Origin: Schmidtea nova
Lineage: Eukaryota
Reading direction: 5' to 3'
DNA: 64,000 bases
NCBI GenBank assembly: GCA_044892505.1
Contig: CM097882.1
Span: forward strand, 22,444,001-22,508,000
This document shows positions 1 through 17,215 of the stretch, one piece after another. The notes under the pieces were generated by a model that worked only from the letters and a program-made list of their open reading frames with translations, searched no databases and was not told the DNA's origin. Made by a program: the position numbers and the translations under genes. The number at the start of each line of letters is the position of its first letter. Positions within the stretch are counted from its first letter, which is position 1.

Positions 1-1214
1 AATAAAGGCACGAAAGCTGCTTGCTTTTTCGAAATTAATACTTTAATGATTGAAACTGAAGGCGATATTTATTTAGAGACACTGCTGATTGATCTTTTCA
101 ATACCCAATTTAATTGAGGGTCGTGAAACCAAAAGTAGGAAGCGATTTCTCGAAACCCTGAAAATTTCGGAATTTTTTTAACAGTGATCGTGGTTGTTTT
201 GCGTTGTCTGCAGTTATGTTAAATATATCTGGAAAATATTCTTGAATAGAACAAGGGTTTGTTGATGTTTTGATGTTTATGAGGTCCCTTTTTCGATGAG
301 TTAATAAACCTGTAATTATATGAATAGTTATTTTGTTTGCTAAATAATTAAAAAAAATTATTAAGTTTGCTTTATCTTAATTTTTATAAATACCTTAACT
401 AATAATTGAAGAATATGGCTCGAATATGGGACTAAAATGGGCAAAGCCCCATTCATCGGTTACCCTTGAACTCACTGTAACATTCGGTCAACAACAGTTT
501 CATATTTTTCAGGTTGACTGTCTTTGAATGTCCACCCATTTGTTTCATTACCAACGTTACATTGTAGTGGGCAACAAATGGTTACAAAATGTTTTATGTG
601 TTGAGTTGTTGATAATGAGCCATGGTAACGTAAAGGCCATATTAGCGGTCAACAACCCACCACTAGCAATGACCTCCCTTATTCAATTGTTTTTTCGTGT
701 GTATACGCCACATTCACTCAAATTGCATGCTCTCTTTTGAAATGACTCTTTTTATCGTTTTATTCATAACTTGACCGACTTATGAAATGCTGTTCACATG
801 TCTACTATTTGTGCTTATTCGTGCCTTACTATTCTATATACTTTCATGCAAAATTTCTGCTTAATGCTCTGATGTGTTATCTTGAGCTTTAAATTAAAAC
901 CAAATTTTAACTTCACTTCTACCATCCAAACAACTTTTATAATAAATCCTTTTGTGAATATATTTCTAAATGATGCTGAAAGCTACAAAAGTCATTGATA
1001 GTTAAATAATTTTTAATATTAAGTTTCATTGAAAAGTTTGAAATTAAAAATTACTAAATTAAAAATTTTTTTAAATTAACAAAAGTCCTTTAAAAAAATA
1101 TAGATGTAGAATTGAAATTTAAAAAGTAGTAATTCACTACTTAACAAATTTGTTTAAATTTTTCAATAAAATTTTATAAGCGCAATTTATATTGATTTTA
1201 CTCCATTTTGAAAA

Positions 1215-2457
1215 ATGACAACAGTGAAAAAAGATTTTATTTTTCAAGGCGGTTATGATGAATTATTATGCCAGAAAATATCAATTGCAATTAAGAAATC
1301 TAATATATTTTCACACATTAAGCTATCAGATTTAATTCGCAAAAGATTTACAAATACTTATAACAAAGAAGTTTGTGATGTTCCTCCTTTCAAAAAAAGC
1401 AAGCCTTTAAATGAATCTGTCCCCGATGTTTCCAATGATAAAGAAATTTTTAAAGATAATTTATGTAAAAGTCCTAATTTAAATGATTTTTTGCCCAATC
1501 CAGATTCGTTATTTTCGCAAAGTACTCCTAACTCAACAAATGTATCTGTAAAATCTGAATGTATATTGACAGAAACTTTATCGATGTCACGAAATGTTTA
1601 TTTGTCGCCAAGCAGTAATGATAGGTCTAAATTACATACAAATGTTATAGCAAACGAAAAAAATGATAGCCGATTGTTAACAATAAATAAAGACATTACT
1701 AATGAGTCTAATGTGTTATCTGAAGACAAAACTAACAAATCAATATCTAATCAGAATACCAAGTCTAACTTGTCATTAGAAAATCGAGAAAAATCACCTA
1801 AAAGAGAAGGAATGAGAGAAAAACAAAATAAAGATCTTTCAAATTTAGCCACTACTCTGTTACCACTTCCTACTCAGTTATTTGGGAAAGATTCAATGTT
1901 GTTAGCTTTAGAAAGTGGCGAATTTTTTGAGTAATATTTTATTATCTATTAAATTAATTAATATTTTTTAGTTTTCTTAATTTCTTTAAAGAAGGAATTC
2001 AGATTGAAAACGAAATATCTGTAGATGACTTAACGGAAATTATAGAAATGATCGTTAAGAAAAAAGCGTTTTCTATTATTTCTGGATTTATTTCGTGCTT
2101 GATGAATAATAACACATTCATTGAACCACTCACTAATTCTTTGGTTAAATTCAAAACAGAGTTGAGTAAATATAAAATAGATATTTTGAAATGCATAGAA
2201 TCGATGACTGACTTTAAAATTGTTTCAAGCATAAATATTTATATTAAGTTAGACTATTTATAATTAACTTAATATATTAATTATTCTTCAAATATATTAG
2301 AGCATGTTCTAGCATGAATTATTGGGATAAAATGTGGTCTGTCCTTTCTACCAAATGTCCTGGATATATGATACCAGAAGCTTACTTTAATTCCTTTATG
2401 AATGTGTTCGATAGCCTAGATAATAGTCAAACCATGCCAATCAATAATGGTAATTAA
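1215..2457 (+). CDS. Multi-exon hypothetical protein with a Ser/Asn/Lys-rich middle; exons 1215-1930, 1972-2247, 2301-2449/2457; possibly a decayed further exon from 2503
   Basis: Intron 1931-1971 (GTAATA..TTTAG, 41 nt) joins ORF 1215 in frame to ORF 2048. Intron 2248-2300 (GTTAGA..ATTAG, 53 nt) continues the frame (ACSSMNYWDKMWSVLSTKCPGY...). No family recognised. Confidence 0.6.
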
Positions 2458-3262
2458 TTGAATTATTTTTTTATATGGATTTTCATTTTATTAATCAATA
2501 AGATCGGAATCAACTATATAACATTCTATTTTCTCTTTTAAAATAACTACCTGAATTTATTTTAAATAATACTACCTCCGTTCCACAATAGTTGTCACAT
2601 AAGATGCATAAATTTTGTTGCATCATACTTGTCCAATTTGATAAATCTTTTATAGCTATAGCTTCGCTTGTGTTAGACCGATTTTCAAATGTAATAGCTT
2701 GTTGAAAAGGGTTTCTAACAAGCTTGATCACTTAAAAATAGGTGATCAATAGGTGAATAAAAAATTGCGAGTCAGAAATAAGTTCTTTATTAATTTTATA
2801 GTAGTTACATTTGTTTCAGTTATTCAATATTTAAAATTTTTTTGTATTCTCCACGGCTTCAGCATTACATTTTAAATTTTTGGGGAGTCAACTTTTTCTT
2901 CAAAGTTTTTCTTTATTTATATGATTAATCTTATAAAAGTTGTTTCAGTTTGATATCATGATTTTTTCCATACATGTTTGTAGTGTTAAGAAGTCACTAT
3001 GCTATTAAATATGTCGAGTATTCCATTTACACAATGAATACTGTAAATATGCTGTCCCTTCAATATGTTCCTTCTTCACATTAATAATTTCCACACTACG
3101 AGGTAATACGCAATTTTTTGAAGGAAAATGTGCAAAAATTTGTGTCCAAAATTTCGGATCAAATTCATTTAAAAGCCAAAAATAAAACAACTTCATTTAA
3201 AAGCCAAAAAATGATTAAAACAAACTTAAAATTAAGTTAAATTAGAATATACAAAAAAACTA

Positions 3263-4037
3263 TTAATTCAGGAAAGTTTTAAAAATATTATACAAATCAT
3301 TCCTGTGTTTAAACAGCCAGACAAACTCGTTAATAAAATAACACCTTAATGTCAATACCCCTTTTCGTTTTTTAATTTCATGTTTAATACAGTTGTTAAT
3401 CGCTTCAACATGTTGGGTGTGAACATGTGTTAAGATCAACGAAATTATACTTATGACAAATACTCTCATGCATAAATCCTTCCTGCGCCCATGTAAGTTG
3501 GATGTTGATCCGTATGTATCAATGAATTACTCACAACATGGCGAATTATAATAGGGTATAGTTTTTTTCTTGTCTTCGATTGATCTCCGCCCATATTCTT
3601 TTGACCTCATCCCCCGAATTTCTGCCAAAACAAGAGTATCAGTTTATTGTCTGGAGAGTGACCCCAGTGACTCTTACACCTGTAGTTCATCAATTTGAAC
3701 TACATAACCGGGTCCGCTTAACTGCCTTTCTCTTTTGCTTATTCCCTCCATACGATTAATTAACTTATCTTGTAATTTTATAAGCAGTTTCTTGCTTGTT
3801 GTTTCTCTGTTGTTGTTTACCAACGAACCTCACTATAGTTTTCAAGAAAGTTATTAAATAAATTTTTAACCCACATAGAATAGAACCAATTCGAAGGCTC
3901 TCTCGTCTTCCATACTTTGAAAAACCATTCGTCAAACAACGCCATTCAAATTTGTCACCGTACTTGCTTGCTTTTACGAACTTCATTGCAGTGTTGCAAC
4001 TTCCATGGCAAGTTATACTTTTAAATTTGATTTTCAA
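3263..4037 (-). pseudogene. Merlin (IS1595/ISXO2-like) DDE transposase, disrupted
   Basis: N-terminal FEWRC...RIGS (ORF 3765-4037); manual translation gives LSGPGYVVQIDE and IHTDQHPTY (two catalytic Asp motifs); C-terminal HTQHVEAINNCIKHEIKKRKGV...NEFVW (ORF 3263-3469). Confidence 0.85.
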
Positions 4038-5000
4038 AGCAGAAATTGACTAAATTCAAAGCAGTCATTTTGATAAATGATTCTTTAATGGATTTCAAGT
4101 TCATTTTTCTTTCTTTAAATATTTAAAATGGCGGTAAATGTCAAATAAAAATCAACTTGATCGGTATTGTATAATTTAGCTTATTTAATAAATTACAAAC
4201 AATTAATTAATGATTTTTAATTTGAACTTGATCCACAATTTCTATCTTCACGTAAAACAGTGTTCAAATTAGCACCATTATAGTTTTGCTTCATTGAAAT
4301 AAAAAAACTTTGGCAAATGTATAAATACACAATTCACTGTACTTTTACATAATAAAAAGGAAAGTTATATTTTATCATTCATATTCCATTCATTATCATT
4401 CATAATCCAAACCTTTGAATTTTTTATAAATGAAATGTATCGAAATAGTACGAATTGAGAGATGCATCTGACATTAAAAAGTTCAAATCAAAATAAATTA
4501 TTAATTAAAAAGACGAATAGCTTTAATTTGCCATAAAGAAATTAAGACTCTTATACCAAAACAATTCTATTATCATACCTAATGTATTTTTCAACAATTG
4601 CGTAAGATTTAGACCAATGATGGTCGACCTTTTGAGGTCGGTGTGTCACAATTCGGAAAGGACTAGTTTAACTCTAATTTCGTGTAACATCTAGAAATAT
4701 CCATAATTTTGTTATATTTTGAGACATAAGAAAAACAAGTTATATTTTTGATTAACCCCTTTCCCATGTGTCACGAGTTAACTCTTCATAAAAAATGTTG
4801 GACTTAACCGTGCATCAGGTTTTTCTTATTTTCCTCAAAACTAATTTTCACTTAAAAAAACATTTTATTTTGCCAGGACAACATAACATCAAATTAATAA
4901 AGAAAAAAATACACGGTTTGCAAAAAAGTTTGTTTCACCATGTAGAGCAAAAAAATAATGCAGGCTTGTATATAAAATTCCATAAAGATTGCATTATATT

Positions 5001-6572
5001 TAGAGGTTGTTCATTTTGATCACTTATAAAAAATACGAAATTGTCAATATTTAGAATATTTGTGGGAAAATAAGAAATCAAAACTCTAAATACTAAGATT
5101 ATTATGATTATGTAAAACAATTGCATATTAATCAATTTTATAAGAAACAATCTTTTCTTTTGTTCTCTTGTTGACGACTTTTCTATGATGATCAACTACC
5201 CTTAACAAGAATTGCTTTTGTTGTTCGTCTCTTACCGATCCGTTAAAGTTTTTTATCAGAGCTATTCATCTTTCTGAAGTGTCATTGGCTACATTAAGAG
5301 CTTTTTAGAGAACCATTGCAGTATTCTGTTATGTAATACATCCCAAACAATTCAAAGAACGTCTTTGTTTTTTGGTAACGAAATGGCTAATATCTTTCCC
5401 CTCAAAGTCTACACTTTTAACCTCAAATCGCTTCAGTTCCTTTTTTCGCATGTTTGGTTTCCAAATTTTGAGTCATAATTTCTTTAACATCTGTAATACG
5501 TTCATCCAAAAAATCCAATCCAACATTTGTCTCTAACAAATGCCAAAGTTGCTTTTCGGCAACTGTGACAGTCACTATAACTGCTACTCTATCTTCAAAA
5601 GTTTTAACATTGTCATAGGCAACTGACGGCATTAGTTTACTATCCCAATATAAGACCAGATGGGGAGGATTTAAAAAAAAGATAATCTTCAATTTTCTCT
5701 GCTAGTTTACATCGGTTAACGGTAGATATGAAAATTTGTGAAACGTGGCAATAGCTATAAATAAAGAACTTTTCGAATAATGATCTGTTCTTGATCTCAA
5801 ATAGAAGTGAGTGTATGATCAAGAAGTTTTACTTTATGACTTGGACGTGTTTCTTTTATCGGAGTTGGTGAATAGTGACTTCTTCGTCGCGAGGTGCTGA
5901 TGATGCGGAAGATCCACCGAAAGTAACAATTTCATTGATTTTAGGGATATCATCGTAATACTTGCTCTTCTGTTACTCAATCATATCTTGTTTTGTACAT
6001 TTAGTTTTTATTTTGGAAGTGAACCTTGACTGCTTCACTCATTGACAAACCCATACAATCTTCTCTTTGTATTCTTGTAAGACGCCTGTCATATATCCGT
6101 CACATTTTGTAGACAAATATCAAATAACTCGACCATTTCATATTTATTTTATATGTATCTCTCGATTTCTCTTTGCACACATTTTGGTATTCTTTTTACT
6201 CCCTTCCGTTTTAACAGGAATATTTGCTTTCCTTCAAAATTCTTTAATTTAGCACTGGTAGATTTAGCATCTCCTAAAAACTTATCACTTGGTACTTTTT
6301 ATAACAACTAAATGCCTATTAGTTCCCATTTTCAAGTCTAATTATTAACCTAGAAAAAAGGAAACTCACATATGAAAACAAAATTTACATTAATACAAAG
6401 AACTTTAAAATTAGAAATTTGATTAATTTAAGATAAAAATGACCGATGTGTGTAACCTCTAAATATTGTCCAATCATGATGAAATTTTCATATATATCTT
6501 TTGTACCACTGAGACTTAGGGGACGAAGAAAGTAATGTGAAAGTCACAATTTCGGAAAAATAAAACACCCTA
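5001..6572 (-). mobile_element. Internally deleted hATm-type transposon remnant
   Basis: LVLYWDSKLMP...DRVAVIV...EKQL (ORF 5423-5692) resembles the WDGKL...DRL motif; the C-terminus reads ALNVANDTSER...DEQQKQFLLRVVDHHRK after frameshifts; minus-strand start TAGGGTGTTTT at 6572. Left end is a guess and no TSD was found. Confidence 0.55.
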
Positions 6573-8096
6573 TAAATAATTAATATATTATATAATTAAT
6601 TAAAAATGCAAAAAAAAAGATAATTCTTTACATTACTGACACTTGTTGCTGAATTTCAATTTCAATTGGTATTTCGTGCTCTTTGAGTCCAATAATTTTT
6701 CTATTCTTTTCATTCTCTAAACCAGCGGTCGGTAACCTAAGAGCTAAACTATAAAAAAATTAAAAATGGAATATTGTGGAGCCATAATAAAAAATCAACA
6801 CGTTTTATTAATTCATAATAATATTGAATTTGGATAAATATTTGACAATGAATTCCATCATTGAATATAATATCTTGCGATGTATGTTTCATTTCTGACT
6901 CATTGATTGCAACCTGTGCTAGCGTATTTTCTAATTTATCAACCAATATATTTTTAATCTTAATTTATAAGTTCTAATAATGTTTGACAATTTTTCGAAA
7001 TTCGTAATAATTTCCAAATAATTTTTTCCGATTTTTTTAAATATTTAAGAAAGCAACATTTTTTTCGAGGTAAGTGGCGCTGGTTCCTGGCTTCTTCTCT
7101 TTAATATTTTTTTTCTAAATTCTTAAGCGTCTATCTCTGATAAACACTTAAGCTCAGATGTCTTGAATCTCCCACTCTCTACATTCATTAGATACCATTA
7201 AATTTTAAAGCATTGCAGCCTACTATTTCAGGATTTTATTTGTTTGTTCATGGTTTCTAAATTCATTAAATCTTTCACCAATTTTACAATGTATTTTTAC
7301 TCTATTTAAACGGGGTCTACTCGAATTTAATTATTCTCTACATCTCGCCTAAAAAATTTAAGTTTTCTTTCAAAAGCTTTTATTTATCTAAGCATAACAT
7401 TAACACTTTTGTTAAATTCTTGTAATTTTAAATTCAGTTCATTCTTATGAACAGATCTGTAAAAAACATAAAAAATTATCCTTATCCTCAAGATATGCTG
7501 GAAATTTCACAAACAACTTTAATACTTTTCCTCAGCTACCCCTTCTGTAGATTGAATAAACTCACTGCAAACGTACAGAAGATTCTCTTATGAAGAAGTT
7601 TAACACCTATTAAATTAACTATTTTTGTTACAACTATAAATCTTGGTCAATGTAACTTGAAAGGGTCTGTTACTTTCACTACTTTTATAATTTAATTTTT
7701 CTTTTTTGGATTCATTACAATTATTTATTTTGAAACCGAAAGCCTAGAAAATGACAAATTTTAAAAGTTATTTTTAAACAACATCTGCTGCTACAATTCT
7801 CGTCATATTTAACACTCGCAATAACGTTCTTGTACTTTCTTCGTTTTAGTGTGTACAATGTATTTATTTTAGTGAAAATATCTAGTTAAAGTTATAAATA
7901 TTAACTACTGTGAATTTCGTATTTATGATATCCATAAATTAACAATTTATTTAAATTCAAGAAAAATTCTTTTCCTACAATATTTTTTTTAATGTAAACT
8001 TGATATTTTCAGAAAAGATTTAATTCATACATTCAATACACATTAACATACTAAATTTATTACTTTCAAATTTATAAATTTCCAATTTTGAAAATA

Positions 8097-8704
8097 CAGT
8101 CGTGACCGCTTAAGTCGAATTTAATGGGAATTCCACAATTAATACGGATAATGTCAAATACGATCATTATAATAAGGAATGACTTCATTTCACCGTTATT
8201 TCAGCAGTTTTATGGAACTTAACCAATTCTGGATGACTATTTATTTATTTCCTCACATGGGAAGAAGTACATAATTCAAAAATATAAACGAATATAAAAA
8301 AACAAAACCGCAATGTTAATAATCACTTGTTTATTTTTTCAAGAAATTCCATAATCGATCTCTGGATATATGAATCCATTCATTAGTCACAATTTTTTCA
8401 TGGTCAAACATTACTTTTGTTATCAGGAAATTTGTATCAATACGTAAAAATTGTTTGTTGCGGTATTGTCTAAATCAAATAATGAGCGCCACGTAGACAT
8501 CATTTCTTGATGGAAACCTTTCGTGCACAGTTTTTCGTGCACTTTTTTAATTATCTTTTCTTTGTTTTTCAAGAAATCGTTTAACGTTTGAGGATTTATA
8601 TTATGAAGAGAATCAACATATTTCTGCGCCATATTAGGATGTTCTTCAACAAATTTTATCTCATATTTTTCATTATACAGCTTTTTCTGCGACTTTTCAG
8701 GCAT
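8097..8704 (-). mobile_element. pogo/Tigger remnant (CENP-B-type N-terminal HTH); its 5' end may continue past the piggyBac to about 11774
   Basis: ORF 8423-8704 (KFVEEHPNMAQK...INPQTLNDFLKNKEKI) is HTH_psq-like; TA|CAGTCGTGACCGCTTAAG end at 8097; degenerate partner end near 11757-11774. Confidence 0.55.
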
Positions 8705-8818
8705 TATTAATGGATGAAATAATCATAAAAAAGTGTACTCCTGTAAGACTTGTAAAGGATTCGCAGATTAAAAAAATTAAAACTCAATTTTTATAATTTT
8801 TAAAAGTGTATTTATTAA

Positions 8819-11502
<2,684 letters not shown>

Positions 11503-12312
11503 TTAAAAAAATTAATTATCAAATTGATAATTATAATTAAATAACATTATTAAATTTCTATTAGTACAACTACGTGCTGACAGTGAATGCACGTAATATG
11601 TAGAAAAAAATCAATACATACACATACATCTCAGTAACAATAGCTGAGATAATAAAATACGATTTAAGTTGTTAAATTTATATGAATTGTAAAAGTAAAA
11701 AATCAGGACTTTTGAAAACACCGTCATACGTCAAAATCTGAGTTATCCTTATCCTACTAAAGCGAGATTGACTATTATTTTCAAAAAGTTTTAAAATAAA
11801 ATTATCTTTAAAATTAATATTTAATTTTTAAATATAAACATATGTCGCTCTCATTTAAAATGTTTGAACCATTCATTGTTTCTTATAATATGTTTCTCAT
11901 TTTCTAATTGTAGTTCAAAGCTTCTATTGAGAACCTGCTGCCATAGCACCTACTTTTACTTTCGTTTTTAAGACTATCAGAAATATTTGTCTCTTTTGAC
12001 ATGTTTATAAAGTACTCTATAAACTCGTCTTCTAAATACTTTTCTCACGAAGTAATGGTATTTTCATCCTGTGATTTCACAGCATGTAGTGAAACATATT
12101 TGCTATATCTATCAATAATGCCATATTAGTTTGTTTTAATGTTCCACAAAAATCAATATATTTCGTCTCAAATAAATCTATTTCTGGCATTTTGTACATT
12201 TTCTCCTTAGTATAGTTTTCGAAGTTTTTCGATTTTGAAAAATTGAAAATTAACAAAAAGCGATCATGGTCAACGAATTCGACATAAAACTTATCTTGAT
12301 CTAGTTAAAATA

Positions 12313-13029
12313 CAAGTGTCTCTCCTACAAAGCGGTATCCTACAACACGATTTCACTGTAACACGATAAAAAAAAATTCCGGAAACCATTTATAACACGG
12401 TACTTCTACAATACAATTTTTATTTTTTTAGAACATTATATTAATAACATTAAATACAATTTGTGGAATACCCAGATTTTATTATTTCAAGAAAACAAGT
12501 CTTATTTATTTTTTGTGTATATTTGTCATTTTGTGAAAACCATATCAAGTCTGAAAACCATATTTATTGTGAAATAGAAAAAAATATTATGTAGACTTGT
12601 GAAATAGAAAAATAGATTTTATTAATTTTTTTCAGGTAAGGTATGACTATTTTTTGAAAAATAATTTTCAGGCCTAAAAAACAATGTCTCGTGAGAATAA
12701 AAAAACAACTTGGAAGAGAGTTTATTTCTTTAGAAATAAAAATACAATTTTAGATAGGTTGTTAATATGAGAAAAAGCATCAGACATTGCAAAATTCCCA
12801 AATTTAAATGAAGCGACAGTCCGTACAAAAAATTTGTTTTTTATGTATTTAAGTGAATTTTTATTTGTTTTGTTATTCTTAATAAAAATAAAGTTTTATC
12901 TATGGCATTAAAATTTTTTTTGGAACGTTACACCTCATTTTGTATCAGTTTCTAGACTCCTACAGCACGGTTTTACATAAGACATCATATTATAGGAACC
13001 TATCTACCGTGTTATAGGAGTGATACCTG
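12313..13029 (+). mobile_element. Non-autonomous pogo/Tigger element retaining a transposase N-terminus
   Basis: TA flanks at 12311-12312 and 13030-13031; TIRs CAAGTGTCTCTCCTACAAAGCGG vs reverse complement CAGGTATCACTCCTATAACACGG; MSRENKK...SLEIKIQILDRL...EKASDIAKFPNLNEATVRT from 12684 (disrupted). Confidence 0.75.
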
Positions 13030-13938
13030 TATAACAAAACATCGAGAAATTTATTTTTTTTATTTTCTAGCATAATTAAGAGTGGAAAAGAATGCCGAAG
13101 ACGGATTGAGGTATTTTTCTTGTGCTGTTTGAATTGTGTTACTCAAGTGAACACACAAATAATCTGAATCAACTATGGATGTTATCATTTTCAGACATTA
13201 ATCAATGAAATATTGTCAACATTATTTAAATTCTTAACACAATAAATTATCTATTTGCGCTTCTGCTACTGACAATTATCGTTTTATCATTTGTGTCTCA
13301 TGCTGACCAAATATCTTACATTTTCTCTCGCGTGTATATTTACACCAACCTTGGAATGGTTTTTATTGATTTGAACTGAATGTTTCTCAGTGACAATCAT
13401 TTGAAGTAAGACTACGTTTGAGTAAGTTTAAAATCAGTATTAAGTTATCACCGTATTAAGTTATTTACTATTAATGATCATTTCCCATGGTAACTTGAGA
13501 ACCGAAATAAAAGTTTACGCAGTGAGATAGTGTTTAACGTGTAATGGGAAATTTGTTACTAAAATTTTAGTAAATTTGTGTTTTCGTATTCATTTGATGA
13601 AAATTTTTCTCTTTGTGTACTTGCAATCTATTATTCTAAAAATTATCTCTTTATTTTGTAATATTTAAGAATAAAAAATCATTCATTAATATGATAATCA
13701 CCAATGAAGAATTTCGACGATTTATTTGATGCAATGAATTGAAAATAAATGGTTAAGCATAAACTAGTTCTTTTTTAAAACTGTTTTCCAAACAAGCTCG
13801 CATAGTCTGAAATAATAGTCACATAAGTTAATAAATGTTCCACGAATATGTAATAAACGTTTATTCAAATACAATTATTATGAAAAATCAATTTTCTTTC
13901 AAATAAATTATAAAAATATTTTCATGATTTTAGAAACA

Positions 13939-15568
13939 ATGACAATATTAATTCCTTATGTTTCTCGAATGCATCTGCCGAAAAAACTAGCCTACATGAC
14001 TGAAATTTGGTTATATTGTATATATCACGATATTAACAATAAAGAATTAAATTCTTTGGATTTTGAAATTCCACAGCAATTAATTGATAAAATTATCGGT
14101 TAGGAGTTAATATGGTGTTATTTATTTAAATTGTATGTAGATAAACTAAACACCGTGAAAGATCCATCTTTTATTTTTGGTATGAAGATTTTAACAAAAA
14201 ATTGGAATCTCATGTATAACTACAAATTTTCTGAGTGGTTATCAAAACTAATATCCGATAAAAGCGATGTTAGGAAGTGCTTATTCTCCATAAAGGATTC
14301 TATACATGCTTTAAATCGTAATGTTAAGCAGGAAATATTTGACAATTTCAATTTGTTGGTTATTCGCGTAATGTCTTATCTTAACAAAAAATCGCTATTT
14401 ACGGTTTCAAAAACTATTTATGAGAATTTTCTTAAAAATATTTTCCCTGATATTAAACGAGCATTACAACAAGTGAATGATAAATTCAAATTGAAATGGA
14501 CGATGGTTGAATGCCTAGTTTCATCAGCGGAATATGAAAAAGCACTATTTATAATCAAAGGTACAGAACATGAAGTTAATTTTTCATAAAAATATTAATA
14601 TTATTAGAATTCGAAGTTCTTAAAGATCTGGAAGCTATTTCACCAGATTATAATAGAGTAAAAGAAATACTACCAAATTTAGTCTGGCATTTAATAAATT
14701 CATCAGAAACACTGCCAGTTATTGTTTTATTTGAGCAAGTCATTTCCATATTCATATTCAGTAATAATTATTATTTCTACCGGTAAAGTTAACTTCATTT
14801 TTTCCAGATGAAAGTATTGATAGTGCCTACACAAAAAGTTAGCTATTTGTTATTTTTATTTAGATGCTCTTAAGGATGACATCTTTAATTCTTCTATGAA
14901 TCGATTTTTTATCAAATGCTTCTTTTTCAGATTGCAATGAAATTTTCGACCTCATAGTTATTAAAGCTTACGAGTCTAATAGCTATGAAGTTGTAAAAAA
15001 GATGATAACTCTTTTGGATCTCATTGTATCTGCTGACATTGACTTCGATATTTCCAAGGACAGTTTACGTTATTTGGCTATAGCCGCTGTTCGTACGAAT
15101 ATTCCTTTCAAAGAGTTGCTTGACTTTGTAGATGTATGCTTTAAGTTCGATATCTTTGAGAATATCCAAACAACGGAAGATGGCTTCGGCAGTTTTGTTG
15201 GCGCGAGTTCTAATTTAACACACGAAGAAATTATTTTATTGGTGACATGGATGTGTCGCCATGTTAAAATAAAATTAGTTCAATCTGTACAAAATCAAGG
15301 CTCTACCATAAGAGAGAACATAATGAAAGTCTGTTCAATTAAATTCATCTTGCACGCATCTACAAGTTCAGATTTATTCTGTAAAAATATAAAAGCAGAT
15401 ACATCTTTTAACGAATTCTTGAAAAATTTCACTGAAGCTCTTAATAATCCGAAATACTTAAAACACCCGATTAAGTTTTCGACTATCAGTGATACATCCG
15501 ATAATGTAATGAAAATTGTTTGCGACAATAGAATAGTTTATAATACAATATATTATAGTGATATTTAA
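13939..15568 (+). CDS. Multi-exon hypothetical protein, predicted helical; upstream exon(s) likely
   Basis: In-frame introns 14099-14140 (42 nt) and 14561-14607 (47 nt) link 13939 to ORF 14131-14589 and onward. An acceptor at 14930 opens a frame continuous with ORF 15002-15568. Splicing between 14760 and 14930 is not fully resolved. Confidence 0.55.
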
Positions 15569-16699
15569 CTAATATAAATTTATACTGTAATTCGATTCTT
15601 CTGTGTATCACTTTTTAATGTAAATATATGTTAATATAAATAAATATCGTTAAAATATTTTTTATTTAATTAAAAAGGTGCAATTATAAACATTTTAATA
15701 ATACATTTTTAAAACAAATTGTATTTTATTAAAAGGATAGATATCCTTTCGATATAACTGAGATTTAGTTAAAATATAATTTGATATTTATTGATTATTA
15801 TTATGTTTTCAAGTCTTCTCACAAAATTTTAGATTAAGATTATTATTTTATTATCAGTATAATAATTTTGGAATGTTTTATATTAATTTTACACGCGAAC
15901 AATCAGCTACTTTAATTTCAGCTCCCAATACCTTTTAAAAGGGAAATCTGAGTATGATTATTGATTTTTATAATTTTAAATAAGTTATAAAATTGGCGGT
16001 GGCACATTTTTCAGTGAATTCTCTGAAAGTTGTCAAATCTCCACTAAAATGATTTTCTCTTTGAAGATTTTTCTGAGATAAATAATATAATTCTGCAATT
16101 GAAAATAGCAGAATAAATGGCAACAATTAAATTTGAACCTGCCAATCTGATTTCTTCAACCAAGGATGGTAGAAGACAGATCACATATTTTCGTCTTCAG
16201 CGGTTAAATTTTATTTGGAAATGTATAAATGAATACATTAATAATTTAAAATCGAACTGTTTAGTTAAGCAATATAAACATTTTAATAATAAACAATAAA
16301 GAAAATTATTATAGACTATAATTTTCTATTTTCGGTTATCCATCAATTTCAAAGACAATTTGGAGTAAATTTGGAGAAAATCATGAGAGGGAAATTAAAT
16401 ATTTACTTAATTAAAAATAAAACATTAATAATGAACACATTACTATATATTTGATATTGCACATTTTTTATCCAATATTTCCATTCACAAAGATAATCAC
16501 AGATATGTAACCGACGATTCGGATGACAGATTTTTTTCTTCAAAGTAGAAATATCCCCAGTCAGTAGTTAATCGCTGTTTTATTGATTTCTATTCTGTAC
16601 CTTCTGAAGTTTGACAACTAATCTTGGCAGAGTAGAGTGAGCAATCTGAACTGATCGTGCAAACACATTATATTACTTGTTAACAAATTATATTACTTG

Positions 16700-17170
16700 T
16701 TATTGCTGTATGACAAAGAATACTGATTTTATATCTCATTCCTTGATTTGTGTATAGTTGAATATAATTAGCTTGACATTCTGTGAGTTTGGTTGCAAAC
16801 AAGCAAGTCTATGTCGTGGTGCGGGAATGGCTAACCAGTTGTCGTATTCTACTGAAAGACTATTGTCGGTTATCTTCAAGTATTACGCCTGGTTGCTTCT
16901 AAGTCAGCTTGACATCGCTGACAGGACGATAGTGCTTGCTAGTTATTCGAATTATTCTGCGCGTATTTTGCTAGTTTATTAAACTCGAGCTCTTTTTAAC
17001 TGACTTGCAGATGGCGCTTGTGAATCCGGAGATTGCGATTTTCTATGGCTACAATGGCTGTCTGTCATCGATCTTTGCAGTAACGACTGGAGCATCGCCA
17101 TCTATCTTTCTTTTCGATCTCATATCCAAATGATAAATTTAACCTTCGTATTCCAGCATCATGTCATTTT
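16700..17170 (-). pseudogene. MULE-type transposase remnant (FLYWCH-like finger)
   Basis: Manual translation LEYEG*IYHLD then, after a frameshift, KKDRWRCSSRYCK; locally higher GC. Confidence 0.4.
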
Positions 17171-17215
17171 TATGATCGATATTATAGAAATAAAATTTTT
17201 CTATACTTTAATTAA

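Noticed and set aside
2503-2735. Alternative genetic code suggested by in-frame TAA/TAG/TGA in gene-like frames
   Set aside because: All three stop types occur, long ORFs in the window end normally in TAA/TGA, and Gln and Trp use standard codons; ordinary decay explains it.
4615-4800. Charlie-like end (4615) and piggyBac-like end (TTAACCCCTTTCCC, about 4752); also AAGGGTTAA near 63890
   Set aside because: Isolated ends with no partner TIR or TSD; cannot be delimited.
5897-5922. Hammerhead-like CTGATGA...GAAA
   Set aside because: Stem II cannot close (U opposite C), stems I and III are absent, and it lies in hATm coding remnant.
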